Assembly (NCBI GenBank): GCA_036724695.1
Contig: DAIMFJ010000002.1
Coordinates: forward strand, 1-46,504
Source: Planctomycetota bacterium
GTDB lineage: Bacteria; Planctomycetota; UBA1135; UBA2386
Length of the DNA: 46,504 bases
Reading direction: 5' to 3'
Part shown: positions 8,288 through 19,365 of the stretch, in pieces
How positions within the stretch are numbered: the stretch's first letter is position 1
Layout: every line of letters starts with the position of its first letter
Notes under the pieces: model-generated
What the model was told of the DNA's origin: nothing
What the model saw: the letters and a program-made list of their open reading frames with translations, nothing else
Database searches by the model: none
Position numbers and translations under genes: made by a program

Positions 8288-9522
8288 GGACCGCGTCGCT
8301 GGCGCTGACCGCGTTGCTGCTGGGCGCCGCCCCGGGGATCGCCCAGAAGGACAAGGACACCCCGAAGTGGCGGATCGACCCGTACACGAAGAACGAGCCG
8401 AAGGCCCTCGAGGCCGCCGGGTACGTGTCGTACGGGCCGTTCCTGTTCGGCAACGTGGCCGACAAGCCGACCCAGAGCACCGACGTCGACGCACGCCTCG
8501 AATACGCGCCGATCCTGTGGGTCGAGACGAAGCACTTCCGGATCGGCAGCAACCTGCCGAAGTTCACGGTGCCGCAGGACATGGAGACGCGCACCAAGAT
8601 CCGCACCGAACTCGAACGGCTGCAGAAGAGGATCCCGAGCGTCAACCCCAAGACCCGGGAGCTCGATCCCTGGTTGCGGCTGCACCTGACCGCGCAGCGG
8701 GCCGAGGAGCTGTACGCCGAGGTGCAGGAGCTGTGGGGCGTCACCGACGCCGACTTCCCGGCCGACCCGAGCAAGGTCGTGCGCATGCCGGGCGCGCGCT
8801 ACATGGGGTTCGGGCCGTACCTGGGCATGAAGGAGAAGTACCAGGTGCTGATGTTCGAGAAGCTCGATCCGTACCGGGCCTACCTGAAGGACTTCCTCGG
8901 CAAGGACTCGAAGTTCCCGCAGCGCTGGCACTTCAAGGAGACGGGTTGCATCCTGTTCGCGTTCTCGACGGAGTGCGACGGCGGCAACCTCAAGCACGAC
9001 ACCGCGATCCACTGCGCACTGGCCTTCAACGTCGGCCAGAACCTGCTCGACGGCTTCCGTTCGTACACCTACGACCTGCCGGTCTGGATCAAGGAGGGCT
9101 GGAGCCACTGGTTGCTGCGCCGCATCGACGGCAAGTGGAACCAGTTCGACCAGCAGGAGGGCTCGGCAGCCGACATGAAGAAGGTCAGCGACTGGGCCCC
9201 GTACGTGCGCAACCTGGTTTCCACCAACGGCAAGTTCGCGCCGTTCAGCGAGGCCTACACCTGGCGCGACTTCGGCGCGATCACCTTCAACGACCACACC
9301 GCGATCTGGTCGCGGATGGACTTCCTGATCGCCCAGGGCAAGGACAAGTTCCAGAAGTTCCTGTTCGCCGTGAAGGGGCGCGTCGACGACCAGTGGTACC
9401 CCGACCAGAGCGACCTCGTCGGCGCGACCCGCGACGCGTTGCGCGACGCGTACGGCATCAGCGTGCTGGACTTCGACCGCAAGTGGGGCGAGTGGGTGAA
9501 GGCGAACTACCCCAGCAAGTGA
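8284..9522 (+). CDS. secreted protein, peptidase-MA-like (DUF1570-like) fold suspected, HExxH absent
   Basis: Start MRTASLALTALLLGAAPGIAQ (signal peptide) overlaps the upstream stop (ATGA at 8284..8287). ..IHCALAFNVGQNLL...WIKEGWSHWL.. resembles the HExxH...W(L/I)xEG arrangement of MA-clan/DUF1570 proteins, but without the Glu and second His. Confidence 0.6.
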   Translation: MRTASLALTALLLGAAPGIAQKDKDTPKWRIDPYTKNEPKALEAAGYVSYGPFLFGNVADKPTQSTDVDARLEYAPILWVETKHFRIGSNLPKFTVPQDMETRTKIRTELERLQKRIPSVNPKTRELDPWLRLHLTAQRAEELYAEVQELWGVTDADFPADPSKVVRMPGARYMGFGPYLGMKEKYQVLMFEKLDPYRAYLKDFLGKDSKFPQRWHFKETGCILFAFSTECDGGNLKHDTAIHCALAFNVGQNLLDGFRSYTYDLPVWIKEGWSHWLLRRIDGKWNQFDQQEGSAADMKKVSDWAPYVRNLVSTNGKFAPFSEAYTWRDFGAITFNDHTAIWSRMDFLIAQGKDKFQKFLFAVKGRVDDQWYPDQSDLVGATRDALRDAYGISVLDFDRKWGEWVKANYPSK

Positions 9523-9569
9523 CCGCGCAGCGGCGGGGCGCCCGCGCAGTGCAGGCCCCCCCTCTCCTC

Positions 9570-10277
9570 TCACGCATCCGGGTCCCAGAGCACGAACTGG
9601 TAGACCGGCAGCAGCGCCAACAGCGACGTGCGCACCCAGGCCTCGGCCTCGAGCCCCATCGCCACGGCGTCCTCCTTCGGCAACTGCCGCTGCACGTGCA
9701 GCCAGTGGTTGCCCGGCGTGTAGAACTCGAGCACCTCTTCGAGGTCGCCCGGCTTGATCACGCTGCACCAGTGGTCCTTCTTCCAGTCGTGCAGCTTCAG
9801 GTGGAAGCCGGCCGGCAGGTTGCGCAGCAACTGGCAGAACTGGTCGCGCGCCGCGCGATCGGCCTTCAGCTTCTTCTTCCAGTTCTCGCCGTCCCACCAC
9901 GCCTGCGGGTGGATGCGCAACGCGGCCTCGACGATCTGGTCGTCGAGACAGACCTCGAGCACGGTCTGGATGTAGTGCGTCTCGGCGTCCTTGCCGAGCG
10001 CGTCGCCGAAGAACGCCGCCAACTTCTTGCGCTGCTTGGTGCCGCGGCACAGGTAGGCACGCTGCTCGCGGACCCGGTAACTGTTGAACGTGTACGGATT
10101 GTGCAGGCCGGCCTGCGCCGAGAGGTCGACCCCGAGGGCCTTGGCCTCCTTGAGCGTCGCATCGGCGATCGCCTTGAGCTTGCGCCGCACGGACAGCCGC
10201 AGCGCATTGTATTCGGGGTCGTCCTGACGGTGGCGCTCGTAGGCCTTGAAGTCGCGTTCGAGGAAGGCTTCGGACAT
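9570..10277 (-). CDS. hypothetical protein (cytoplasmic)
   Basis: Start at MSEAFLERDFKAYERHRQDDPEYNAL, inside track ORF 9570..10691. 235 aa, Lys/Trp/His-containing, clearly non-shadow composition. No family recognised. Confidence 0.6.
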   Translation of the reverse strand: MSEAFLERDFKAYERHRQDDPEYNALRLSVRRKLKAIADATLKEAKALGVDLSAQAGLHNPYTFNSYRVREQRAYLCRGTKQRKKLAAFFGDALGKDAETHYIQTVLEVCLDDQIVEAALRIHPQAWWDGENWKKKLKADRAARDQFCQLLRNLPAGFHLKLHDWKKDHWCSVIKPGDLEEVLEFYTPGNHWLHVQRQLPKEDAVAMGLEAEAWVRTSLLALLPVYQFVLWDPDA

Positions 10278-10363
10278 GGTGCGACGCACCACGGTAGCGC
10301 CTGGCTCCGGCGCGACAACGGCAGATTGGTTGAGGCCGCCGCCGACCGCAGTACGCTGTCGGC

Positions 10364-11182
10364 ATGCGCGGCCTACTCGTCGTCCCCGTCGGTGCCCTGT
10401 TCGCGGCCTGCAGCACCCCGTCGCTGCGCGACCCGCAGATCCTGGTCTCACCGTACATGGCGGTCTACCAACTGCGCGGCGACACCAAGATGGAGTCGCA
10501 ACCGGGCGGGGTCGGGCCGATCGTCGCCAACGACAGCCAGGATCTCGGGCAGTTCGGTGTCGGCGGCCACGAGGAGGACGTCGGCGTGCGCATCGACCTC
10601 GGCGACGGCTTCGGCGGCTTCCGGCTGGACTACTACCAGCTGGACATGGCGACGTCGAAGTTCGGCGTGCTGAGCGACGACTGGGGCGCACTGCCGGCCG
10701 CCTCGCGCGTGCAGATGGAGCAGTCGATGGACGAGTACCGGCTCGGCTTCGTCGAGCCGATCTACGCGACGAAGACCGAGTTCCGCGACCGCCCGCTCGA
10801 CCTCCGCTTCGGCGCGGGCGCGGTGCTGTCGCAACGCACCCTGCACCTGCGCGGCACCACCGACGACTACCTGACCCGGCAGAACGTCAAGGCGACCGGC
10901 CAGAACGTCTACCCGGCGGTGCGCGCGCAGGCGAAATGGCGCGAGTTCCGTGTCGACCTCGAGTACGCGCTCTGCCCGGACCTGCAGCTCGGCGGCGATT
11001 TCGACGGCGTGTTGCAGGACCTGGAGATGCGACTGACCTACGAGGTGCCGCTGCGCGACCTGCGGCTGTTCGCCGGCTACCGGTACAGCACGTTGCCGAT
11101 CGCCGGTACCCAGGGTTCGTTCGACTACGAAGCGGACCTGGTACTCGACGGCCTGCAGATCGGCCTGCAGCTGACCTTCTAG
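10364..11182 (+). CDS. outer-membrane beta-barrel lipoprotein (predicted)
   Basis: Signal peptide plus lipobox (LFAAC). Alternating hydrophobic beta-strand pattern and an aromatic C-terminus (..GLQIGLQLTF), typical of BAM substrates. Confidence 0.65.
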   Translation: MRGLLVVPVGALFAACSTPSLRDPQILVSPYMAVYQLRGDTKMESQPGGVGPIVANDSQDLGQFGVGGHEEDVGVRIDLGDGFGGFRLDYYQLDMATSKFGVLSDDWGALPAASRVQMEQSMDEYRLGFVEPIYATKTEFRDRPLDLRFGAGAVLSQRTLHLRGTTDDYLTRQNVKATGQNVYPAVRAQAKWREFRVDLEYALCPDLQLGGDFDGVLQDLEMRLTYEVPLRDLRLFAGYRYSTLPIAGTQGSFDYEADLVLDGLQIGLQLTF

Positions 11183-11222
11183 GCTGACCTTCCCGGCTGA
11201 CCTGCCAGGCTCGTCCGCCAGG
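11171..11222. repeat. decaying 13-bp tandem repeat (3-4 units) straddling the stop codon of the beta-barrel gene
   Basis: CTGACCTTCTAGG / CTGACCTTCCCGG / CTGACCTGCCAGG / CTCGTCCGCCAGG at 11171, 11184, 11197 and 11210. The TAG stop (11180..11182) lies inside unit 1. Confidence 0.6.
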
Positions 11223-11243
11223 CCGTCGCGCCACCGCGCTGGC

Positions 11244-12692
11244 TCAACTGCCGGCGATCGCCGCCAGCTCCTGCACGAACGCGTCCATCGCCGCGCGGGC
11301 TTCGCCGTTCGCACAGGTGTAGTCGTTGAGCAGCAGCGAGAACACCAGCGGCGGTGCATTCGGGTCGGCGCGCGGCACGTAGCCCGACAAGCCGGCGACC
11401 CGCGCGATGTAGCCGGTCTTCGCGGCCACGCGCCCGTTCGCCGGCCCGTCGGCGAAGCGGTTGCGGAGCGTGCCGCTGCGGCCCGCGACCGGCAACCCGG
11501 CGACGAAGGCGTCGCGCCACGGCGAACGCTGCGCCGCGACCAACAACGCAGCGAGCTGCCGCGGCTGCACCAGATTGCGCCGCGACAGCCCCGAACCGTC
11601 GGCCAGCACCATGCCGTCGGTCGGCACGCCCAATTCGGCCAACACGGCCTTGGCGTGCCGTTCGGCGGCAGCCGTCGAACCATCGCCGGTGCGCAGCCGC
11701 GCGGCCCACCGCCAGACTTGCTCGGCGTACAGGTTGTTGCTGTCCCGCAGCAGCGGCACGACGATCGACGCGAGCGGGGGTGACACGTGCGTCGCCAGCA
11801 CTTCCTCCACCGCCGACTCCGGCACCTCGGCCGCGACCAGCTCGACGCCCGCCTGCTGCAGCGCCACCATCAGGCGCTCGGCCGCGGCCGCGGCCGGATC
11901 GGCGACGGCGACACGCAGCGCACGCGGCTTCGCATCGGCAGCGATGCGACCCCGCACCCGTACGACCATGCTGCCGAGCGGCCGCTGCACCGTCAGGGCC
12001 GTCTCCTGGCCCGCGGCCACCTGCTCGACCTCGGCGACCAGCGCGACGCTCGGCAGGTCGGCGACCACGGTGGGCCGGCCCTCGGCACCCGGGGCCACCG
12101 TCAGCGTGACGACGTTGCCAGCACAGCACAAGCCGCCGAACGGCGCGGCGTAGTCGGCCTCGAGGTAGTCCCACTGCCAGCCGAGGCCGAGTGTCTCGTC
12201 GCCTTGCCACGACCCGTCGCCGCGCACGCGCCCGACCACACGCTGGATGCCACGCTGCCGCACTGCCGCCGCGAACGCCGCCAGCGCACGTCCGTCGTCC
12301 TCGCCGAACGTCGGATCGCCACCGCCACGCAGCACCAGTTCGCCGCGCAGTTCGCCGCCCGCGACGACGCCAGAGAGCGACAATTCGGTGCGTGTGGTGG
12401 CCGTCGGACCGAGCGCGGCGAGCGCCACCGCCGTGCTGACGACCTTCATGTTCGAGGCCGTCGCGTAGCCCAGATCGGCGCCATGGGCCGCCAACGTCGC
12501 CCCGGAGCCGGCGTCGACGACGATCGCACCGACCCGACCACCGGCCAGTTGTGGCGCGGCCACCAGCTTGCCAAGGGCCGCGGCCACGCGCGCGGCGTCG
12601 CCAGCCGGCGCCGCGACCGGTGTCGTCGTCGTGGCGCACCCGGCGGCGAGCCACAGCAAGGCCATTCCAACCAACGAAGAGGTGCGCACCAT
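11244..12692 (-). CDS. dacB: D-alanyl-D-alanine carboxypeptidase/endopeptidase (PBP4, peptidase S13)
   Basis: Lipobox LAAGC. SxxK motif ASNMK. DGSGLSRRN (SxN region). AKTGYI (KTG). Length of 482 aa is typical of PBP4. Confidence 0.85.
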   Translation of the reverse strand: MVRTSSLVGMALLWLAAGCATTTTPVAAPAGDAARVAAALGKLVAAPQLAGGRVGAIVVDAGSGATLAAHGADLGYATASNMKVVSTAVALAALGPTATTRTELSLSGVVAGGELRGELVLRGGGDPTFGEDDGRALAAFAAAVRQRGIQRVVGRVRGDGSWQGDETLGLGWQWDYLEADYAAPFGGLCCAGNVVTLTVAPGAEGRPTVVADLPSVALVAEVEQVAAGQETALTVQRPLGSMVVRVRGRIAADAKPRALRVAVADPAAAAAERLMVALQQAGVELVAAEVPESAVEEVLATHVSPPLASIVVPLLRDSNNLYAEQVWRWAARLRTGDGSTAAAERHAKAVLAELGVPTDGMVLADGSGLSRRNLVQPRQLAALLVAAQRSPWRDAFVAGLPVAGRSGTLRNRFADGPANGRVAAKTGYIARVAGLSGYVPRADPNAPPLVFSLLLNDYTCANGEARAAMDAFVQELAAIAGS

Positions 12693-12740
12693 CGCCGCAT
12701 CCTACGTGCCGCCGCGGCGCGGTTCGCCTACGCTGTCGTG

Positions 12741-14123
12741 ATGTCGCAGCAGCAGCGTTTGCCGCTCTGGTTCCTGGTCGTGAACTGGGCCCTCCTGGTG
12801 ATCGCGTTCGTGTCCGGCGCGCTGCTCGGCTCGCGCAACCGGGCCCCCGACCTGCCCGAGCCGCAGGCCACCGCGCTGGCCCGCATCCACGCCGAGATCC
12901 TGCGCTCGCACGTCGACGAACAGGACGGCCAGGCGCTGGTCGACCGGGCGATCGCGGCGATGGTCGACAACCTCGACGAATACAGCAAGTACGTGCCGCC
13001 GGCCGAACTGGCGCGCTATCTCGAGCACAGCACCGGTCGGTACGAAGGGGTCGGCATGTTGCTGACGCAACAGGGCGAAGACCTGGTCGCGCTGTTCCCG
13101 TTCGCCGGCAGCGCCGCCGAACGCGCCGGCCTGCGGCCCGGCGACCGCATCCTGGCGATCGACGGCAAGCCGGTCGCCGAGCTGCCGCTCGAGAACCGTT
13201 CCACCGCCGCCACCGAACGGGTGCGCGGCCCGGCCGGCACGACCGTGCAGCTGCGCATCGGCCGCGGCGACGAACGACTCGACGTCACCGTCGAACGCGC
13301 CCCCGTGCAGCGCCAGGTGGTCAAATGGGTGCATCGCCCCGACGCCGAAGCCGGGATCGGCTACCTGTACCTGTCGGACTTCCACCCCGGCGCCAAGGCC
13401 GCCGTGCAGGCCGCCCTGACCGGTTTGACCGCCCAGGCGCCGCTGCGCGCCCTGATCCTCGACCTGCGCTTCAACGGCGGCGGCAGCCTCGACGAATGCG
13501 TCGCGATCGCCCGCCTGTTCGTGCGCGAGGGCACGATCGTGTCGATGCGCCGCCGCGACGAGATGCTCGAGGAATACAAGGCCGATGCCCGGCAGTGCAC
13601 CTACCCCGAGCTGCCGCTGGTCGTGCTCGTCAACGGCCACTCGGCGAGCGCCAGCGAAGTGCTCGCCGGCGCGCTGCAGGACCACGGCCGGGCGACGATC
13701 GTCGGCACCCGCAGCTACGGCAAGGGCTTCGTCAACACCGTGTACTCGTGGCCGGACCTGCCGCTGCGCTTGAAGCTGACCACCGCGCACTACTACACGC
13801 CCAAGGGCCGCAACATCGATCGCCCGCACCACCAGCACCCCGACGGCCAGCCCGCGGGGCCGGCACCGACTGCCGACGACACCGGCGGCATCCATCCCGA
13901 CGTGCCGATCGAGGTCGCGAAGGAGCAGTTCGTCGCGACGATGCGCCAACTCGACGCCAGCGAGGTGCCCGAAGCCCATCGCGAGGCGTTCGCGGCGGTC
14001 GCCCGGCAGTTCGACCTGCCGGTGCCAGGCCCGTTGCAGCCGGCGGCCGACGCACAGCTGGCCGCCGCCCTGCAGGCTGCCAAGGACCGCCTCGCCAGCC
14101 CGAACGGCAGCTCCGGGCGATGA
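12741..14123 (+). CDS. C-terminal processing peptidase, S41 family (PDZ-containing)
   Basis: Start at MSQQQRLPLWFLVVNWALLVIAF (TM anchor), in frame within track ORF 11787..14123. PDZ region GLRPGDRILAIDG. ..DLRFNGGGSL.. Catalytic Ser region NGHSASASEVLAGAL. ..GTRSYGKG.. Confidence 0.9.
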   Translation: MSQQQRLPLWFLVVNWALLVIAFVSGALLGSRNRAPDLPEPQATALARIHAEILRSHVDEQDGQALVDRAIAAMVDNLDEYSKYVPPAELARYLEHSTGRYEGVGMLLTQQGEDLVALFPFAGSAAERAGLRPGDRILAIDGKPVAELPLENRSTAATERVRGPAGTTVQLRIGRGDERLDVTVERAPVQRQVVKWVHRPDAEAGIGYLYLSDFHPGAKAAVQAALTGLTAQAPLRALILDLRFNGGGSLDECVAIARLFVREGTIVSMRRRDEMLEEYKADARQCTYPELPLVVLVNGHSASASEVLAGALQDHGRATIVGTRSYGKGFVNTVYSWPDLPLRLKLTTAHYYTPKGRNIDRPHHQHPDGQPAGPAPTADDTGGIHPDVPIEVAKEQFVATMRQLDASEVPEAHREAFAAVARQFDLPVPGPLQPAADAQLAAALQAAKDRLASPNGSSGR

Positions 14124-14211
14124 TCGACAGATCTACGCAAATCGTTTTATTGCAACTACTTAGGAATTCCCCCCGCAGACCAGCACAGACCGTTACCCTG
14201 CTCGCCCGACC

Positions 14212-15255
14212 ATGTCCCTGATCCTCGGCATCGAGACCTCGTGCGACGAGACCGCCGCCGCCGTGGTGGCCGACGGGCACGTGATCCGCAGCAACGTCGT
14301 GCATTCGCAGATCGAACTGCACCAGCGCTGGCGCGGCGTCGTGCCCGAGGTCGCCAGCCGCTCGCACACCGAGCGCATCCTGCCGATCGTGCGTGCCGCC
14401 CTCGAACGCGCCGTCGTACTGCCCGAGGACCTGACCGCGATCGCCGTCACCCACCGCCCGGGCATGATCGGCTGCCTGCTGGTCGGCCTCGCCGCGGCCA
14501 AGGCGCTGGCGTGGCGGTTCGGCCTGCCGCTGGTCGGCGTCGACCATGTCCAGGCGCACGTGCACACCGGCCTGCTGGTCGAACCCGACCTGCCGCTGCC
14601 CTGCCTGTCCCTGGTCGCATCGGGTGGCCACACCGCGCTCTACCTGCTGCACGAACCCGGCCGCAGCGAACGGCTCGGCACCACCCGCGACGATGCCGCC
14701 GGCGAAGCCCTCGACAAGGCCGCCGCATTGCTCGGCCTGCCCTACCCCGGCGGGCCGGCGATCCAACAAGCGGCCCGCGGTGGCGACCCGCGCCGTTTCG
14801 ACCTGCCGCGCACCCTGCTCGATGCCGAGTCGCTCGACTTCTCGTTCTCGGGCCTGAAGACGGCGCTGCTGTACACGCTGCGGCCGCAAGGCGCGCCGGA
14901 ACGCGCCGCGCCGCCCACCGGCGACGAACTGCGCGACCTCGCCTGCAGCTACCAGGAAGCGATCGTCGACGTACTGATCAAGAAGCTGCGCCGCGCCGCC
15001 GAACGCCACCCGGTGCGTTCGCTGTGCATCGGCGGCGGCGTGGCCCGCAACGAACGGCTGCGCGACCGGCTGCGCAGCGACCGGGTCCTGTCGGCGCTGC
15101 ACCTGGTGCTGCCGGCCCCGGACCTCTGCTCGGACAACGGGGCGATGATCGCCGGCCGCGGCGCGATCCGGCTGCGGCGCGGCGAAGTCGCCGACCTGTC
15201 GCTCGACGCCCTGGCCACCCCGCAGGCCGGCGGCAAGGCCAAGGTGGTGCGGTGA
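14212..15255 (+). CDS. tsaD: tRNA N6-adenosine threonylcarbamoyltransferase TsaD
   Basis: [19 protein letters not shown]...[10 protein letters not shown]...GGHT..., the canonical Kae1/TsaD motifs. 347 aa. Confidence 0.95.
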   Translation: MSLILGIETSCDETAAAVVADGHVIRSNVVHSQIELHQRWRGVVPEVASRSHTERILPIVRAALERAVVLPEDLTAIAVTHRPGMIGCLLVGLAAAKALAWRFGLPLVGVDHVQAHVHTGLLVEPDLPLPCLSLVASGGHTALYLLHEPGRSERLGTTRDDAAGEALDKAAALLGLPYPGGPAIQQAARGGDPRRFDLPRTLLDAESLDFSFSGLKTALLYTLRPQGAPERAAPPTGDELRDLACSYQEAIVDVLIKKLRRAAERHPVRSLCIGGGVARNERLRDRLRSDRVLSALHLVLPAPDLCSDNGAMIAGRGAIRLRRGEVADLSLDALATPQAGGKAKVVR

Positions 15256-16051
15256 ACACCCCACCGGACCACGACCTGCTGGCGCTGCTGCAGCAGGTCC
15301 GCGACGGCCAGCTCGCGCCGGCCGAAGCCTTGACGCAGCTCGCCAGCGCGCGGCCCGCCGGCGACCTGGGTTTCGCAACCGTCGACCACGACCGGGCCCG
15401 CCGCTGCGGCTTCCCCGAGGTCGTGTTCTGCCAGGGCAAGACCCCGGCCGACACCGCCCGGATCGCCGCCGAGATCCTGCGCGCCGCCGACCGCTGCCTG
15501 TTGACCCGCGCCACCGCGGAACACGCCGCCGCCGTCCAGGCCCTGCTGCCGCAGGCCCACTGGCACGAACGCGCGCGCTGTATCACGATCGGCGGCGACG
15601 ACACGCCCGGCGAAGGACTGGTCGCGGTGGTCTGCGCTGGCACCGCCGACCTGCCGGTCGCCGACGAAGCCGCGGTGACGCTGCGCTTGTTCGGCAACCG
15701 CGTCGCGCAGTTCACCGACGTCGGCGTCGCCGGCCTGCACCGACTGCTGGCCCGCCTGCCGGAAATCCGCCAGGCACAAGCAATTGTCGCCGTCGCCGGG
15801 ATGGAGGGTGCGTTGCCGTCGGTGCTCGCCGGGCTGGTCGATCGGCCGGTCTTCGCGGTGCCGACCAGCATCGGCTACGGCGCCAACTTCGGCGGCCTCA
15901 CCGCGCTCTTGTCGATGCTGAACTCGTGCGCCGCCGGGGTCGCGGTCGTCAACATCGACAACGGTTTCGGGGCTGGCTATCTTGCTTCCCTCGTGAATCG
16001 CCGCCGCCCCACTGCGGCCACCCCAACGACCACCCCACCGAGCGCAGCACG

Positions 16052-16055
<4 letters not shown>
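15252..16055 (+). CDS. larB: LarB-like AIR carboxylase/hydrolase (PurE-related, nickel-pincer cofactor pathway family)
   Basis: GTG start overlaps the tsaD stop (GTGA at 15252..15255). ..[20 protein letters not shown].., ..[17 protein letters not shown].., ..[18 protein letters not shown]...[13 protein letters not shown].. match the COG1691/LarB pattern. It is the C-terminal part of track ORF 14241..16055. Confidence 0.75.
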
Positions 16056-17190
<1,135 letters not shown>

Positions 17191-17197
<7 letters not shown>

Positions 17198-18087
17198 CCG
17201 AACTCACGGTGCCGGCCGCATTCGCCGGCAAACGCCTCGACGCCGCCGTGCACGCCCTGCGCGGGCTGTCGCGGCAGCAGACCCGCGACCTGCTGGCGAT
17301 CGGCTGCTTCTGCGTCAACGGCGTGGTGGCCGACGCGACGACACGCCTGCGCGAGGGCGACCGCATCGGCAGCTACGGCGAGGACCAGGGCCTGGCATTG
17401 GCCATCGGCGTGCCGGTCGTGCATCAAGACGACGACACGCTGGTGCTGCACAAACCGGCGGGGCTGGCCGTGCACAGCGGGCCGTTGGTCGACCGTTCGG
17501 TCGCGGGGCTGATCGAGGACCTGTTCCCCGAGGGTGGGCTGGCCCACCGGCTCGACCGCGAGGCGTCGGGCCTGCTGCTGCTCGGCAAACACCCAGAAGC
17601 GCTAGCCCGCCTGGGGGCGGCGATGGAGCAGAACCAGATCCAGCGCAAGTACCTGGCGATCGTTGCGGGGATTCCGGAATTCTCGCAGCGCACGATCGAC
17701 CTGCCGCTGCGCACCACCGACGAACCGCGCGGCGATCGGCCGAAGACGGTCGTCGACCACGAACGCGGCCAACCGGCGATCTCGCACGTCGAGGTGCTGA
17801 TGACGCGCAAGGACAGCACGCTGGTGGCGGTGCGCCTGGCGACCGGCCGCACGCACCAGATCCGCGCCCACCTGGCGGCGATCGGACATCCGCTGCTCGG
17901 CGATCCGCGCTACGGCGATGCCGCGGCGAACGCGGCCGCGAAGGCGACGTTCGGCATCGCCCGCACGCTGCTGCACGGCGCGGAGCTGACGTTCCCGGGG
18001 GCTGGCGGGCAGGACGTGACGGTGACGGCGATGTTCGAGGTCGACTTCGTGCGGTTGTTCCCGAAGCTGCGCAGCTGGACGAAGTAG
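17191..18087 (+). CDS. RluA-family 23S/tRNA pseudouridine synthase (S4-like N-terminal domain)
   Basis: GTG at 17191 overlaps the carA stop by 7 nt. ..[20 protein letters not shown].., catalytic-Asp motif [14 protein letters not shown], ..KYLAIV.., ..[25 protein letters not shown].. Confidence 0.85.
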
Positions 18088-18117
18088 CGGCGGGGTGACC
18101 GCGCGGGCCTGGGTGGC

Positions 18118-19365
18118 TCAGCACCGCACCTCCTTCGCCTCGATCGCCAGGTGCTCGCGCCGCGCCCACTGCACGATCGCCTGCGCACACGAACGCGTCG
18201 GAGCGGCATTGTCCGGCCCGCGAACCTGCACGATCGCCTGCGTGTCGGGGCGCACTTCGACCGTCGCGAGCGAACGCACGACGGGACCGCGCCGGCTGCG
18301 CAGCGACCAGATGCGCGCGGTGCCGGCCTGGCAGCGGGCGGCATAGGTCGCGACGCAATGCTGCATGGCGCGACTCTCGAGTTGCAGGTCGCGCGGCGAG
18401 CGCAATTCGACCAGTTCCCAGAGCAGCGGGTCGCGGGCGGGCTCATCGGCGGTGGCCGGGCGCCCGGCTTCGCGCAGCAAGGTCAGCGGCGCATACGCGG
18501 AAGCCGGCCAGCGCGCGGTTCCCGCGCTGCCGCGACCGAGGGCGGCGTGCCAATGCCGCGCCAGTCGCAACACCGAGGCCAGCGTGCGGCCGGTGAGTTC
18601 GAAGTCGGGTTGCGGCGGCTCGAGCACCAACGGGCCGTCGGGCCCTTCGACCTCGGTGCGGTGCAAGCGGACCCCGTGCACGAAATCGACGACGACACCG
18701 ACGTCGAGCGGGTCGAGCGTGGCCTGCACCCGCACGAGGAACTGGCCGACCGTGCGCCAGAAATCGGCGTTCGTCAGGTCGTGGCCCATGCGGGTGGCGA
18801 GGACGCACTGCGCCAGCTCGGCGCTCGCGCCCAGCCCGAGCAACTCGGCACGCCGCAGCGCCTGCGCGATCGTCAGGTGCGGCGGCGAGGTCTGGAAGTG
18901 ACGCTCCATGCGCCGCGTCAGCGGCAACGGCAGGTCGAGGTGACGCAAGGGCCGGCCGGCGGCGTGGTCGAGGAACCAGCGGCGCGCCCGCACGGCTTGC
19001 TGGTCCATGCCGCCACGCCAGACCTGGTGCAGCACGCGCGGCACCGGGTAGCGCGCCAGCAGGTGTGCGGTCAACGACACCGCGGCGTCGTTGGCCGAGC
19101 CGGTGCAGCCGGGCCAATCCGCGGCGTCGCGCACGAATTCGTCGCGCGCCGCGGCGAGATTGCGCAGCCATTCGAGTTGGGGTTCGCCGGTGTCGGGCAG
19201 GGCGTCCTGGTGCAGCAGCACGGACCGCTGGCGCACCCGTAGGCAGAGGTCGAGGAACGTCGCGCGGGTCGCGGCGGTCGGCAGGGAATTCAGGTAGTGG
19301 CGGCAGCTGCGGTCCAGGCGCAATCGGGCATGGCGCGAGCCGCCGTGGGTACGGAGGGCTGGCAT
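18118..19365 (-). CDS. PcfJ-like domain protein
   Basis: The C-terminal block ..LVELRSPRDLQLESRAMQHCVATYAARCQAGTARIWSLR...VEV... matches the conserved L..L.eEG..M.HCV..Y...c..G...I.S.R core of PcfJ-like proteins. The N-terminal 300 aa are unassigned. Confidence 0.65.
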   Translation of the reverse strand: MPALRTHGGSRHARLRLDRSCRHYLNSLPTAATRATFLDLCLRVRQRSVLLHQDALPDTGEPQLEWLRNLAAARDEFVRDAADWPGCTGSANDAAVSLTAHLLARYPVPRVLHQVWRGGMDQQAVRARRWFLDHAAGRPLRHLDLPLPLTRRMERHFQTSPPHLTIAQALRRAELLGLGASAELAQCVLATRMGHDLTNADFWRTVGQFLVRVQATLDPLDVGVVVDFVHGVRLHRTEVEGPDGPLVLEPPQPDFELTGRTLASVLRLARHWHAALGRGSAGTARWPASAYAPLTLLREAGRPATADEPARDPLLWELVELRSPRDLQLESRAMQHCVATYAARCQAGTARIWSLRSRRGPVVRSLATVEVRPDTQAIVQVRGPDNAAPTRSCAQAIVQWARREHLAIEAKEVRC

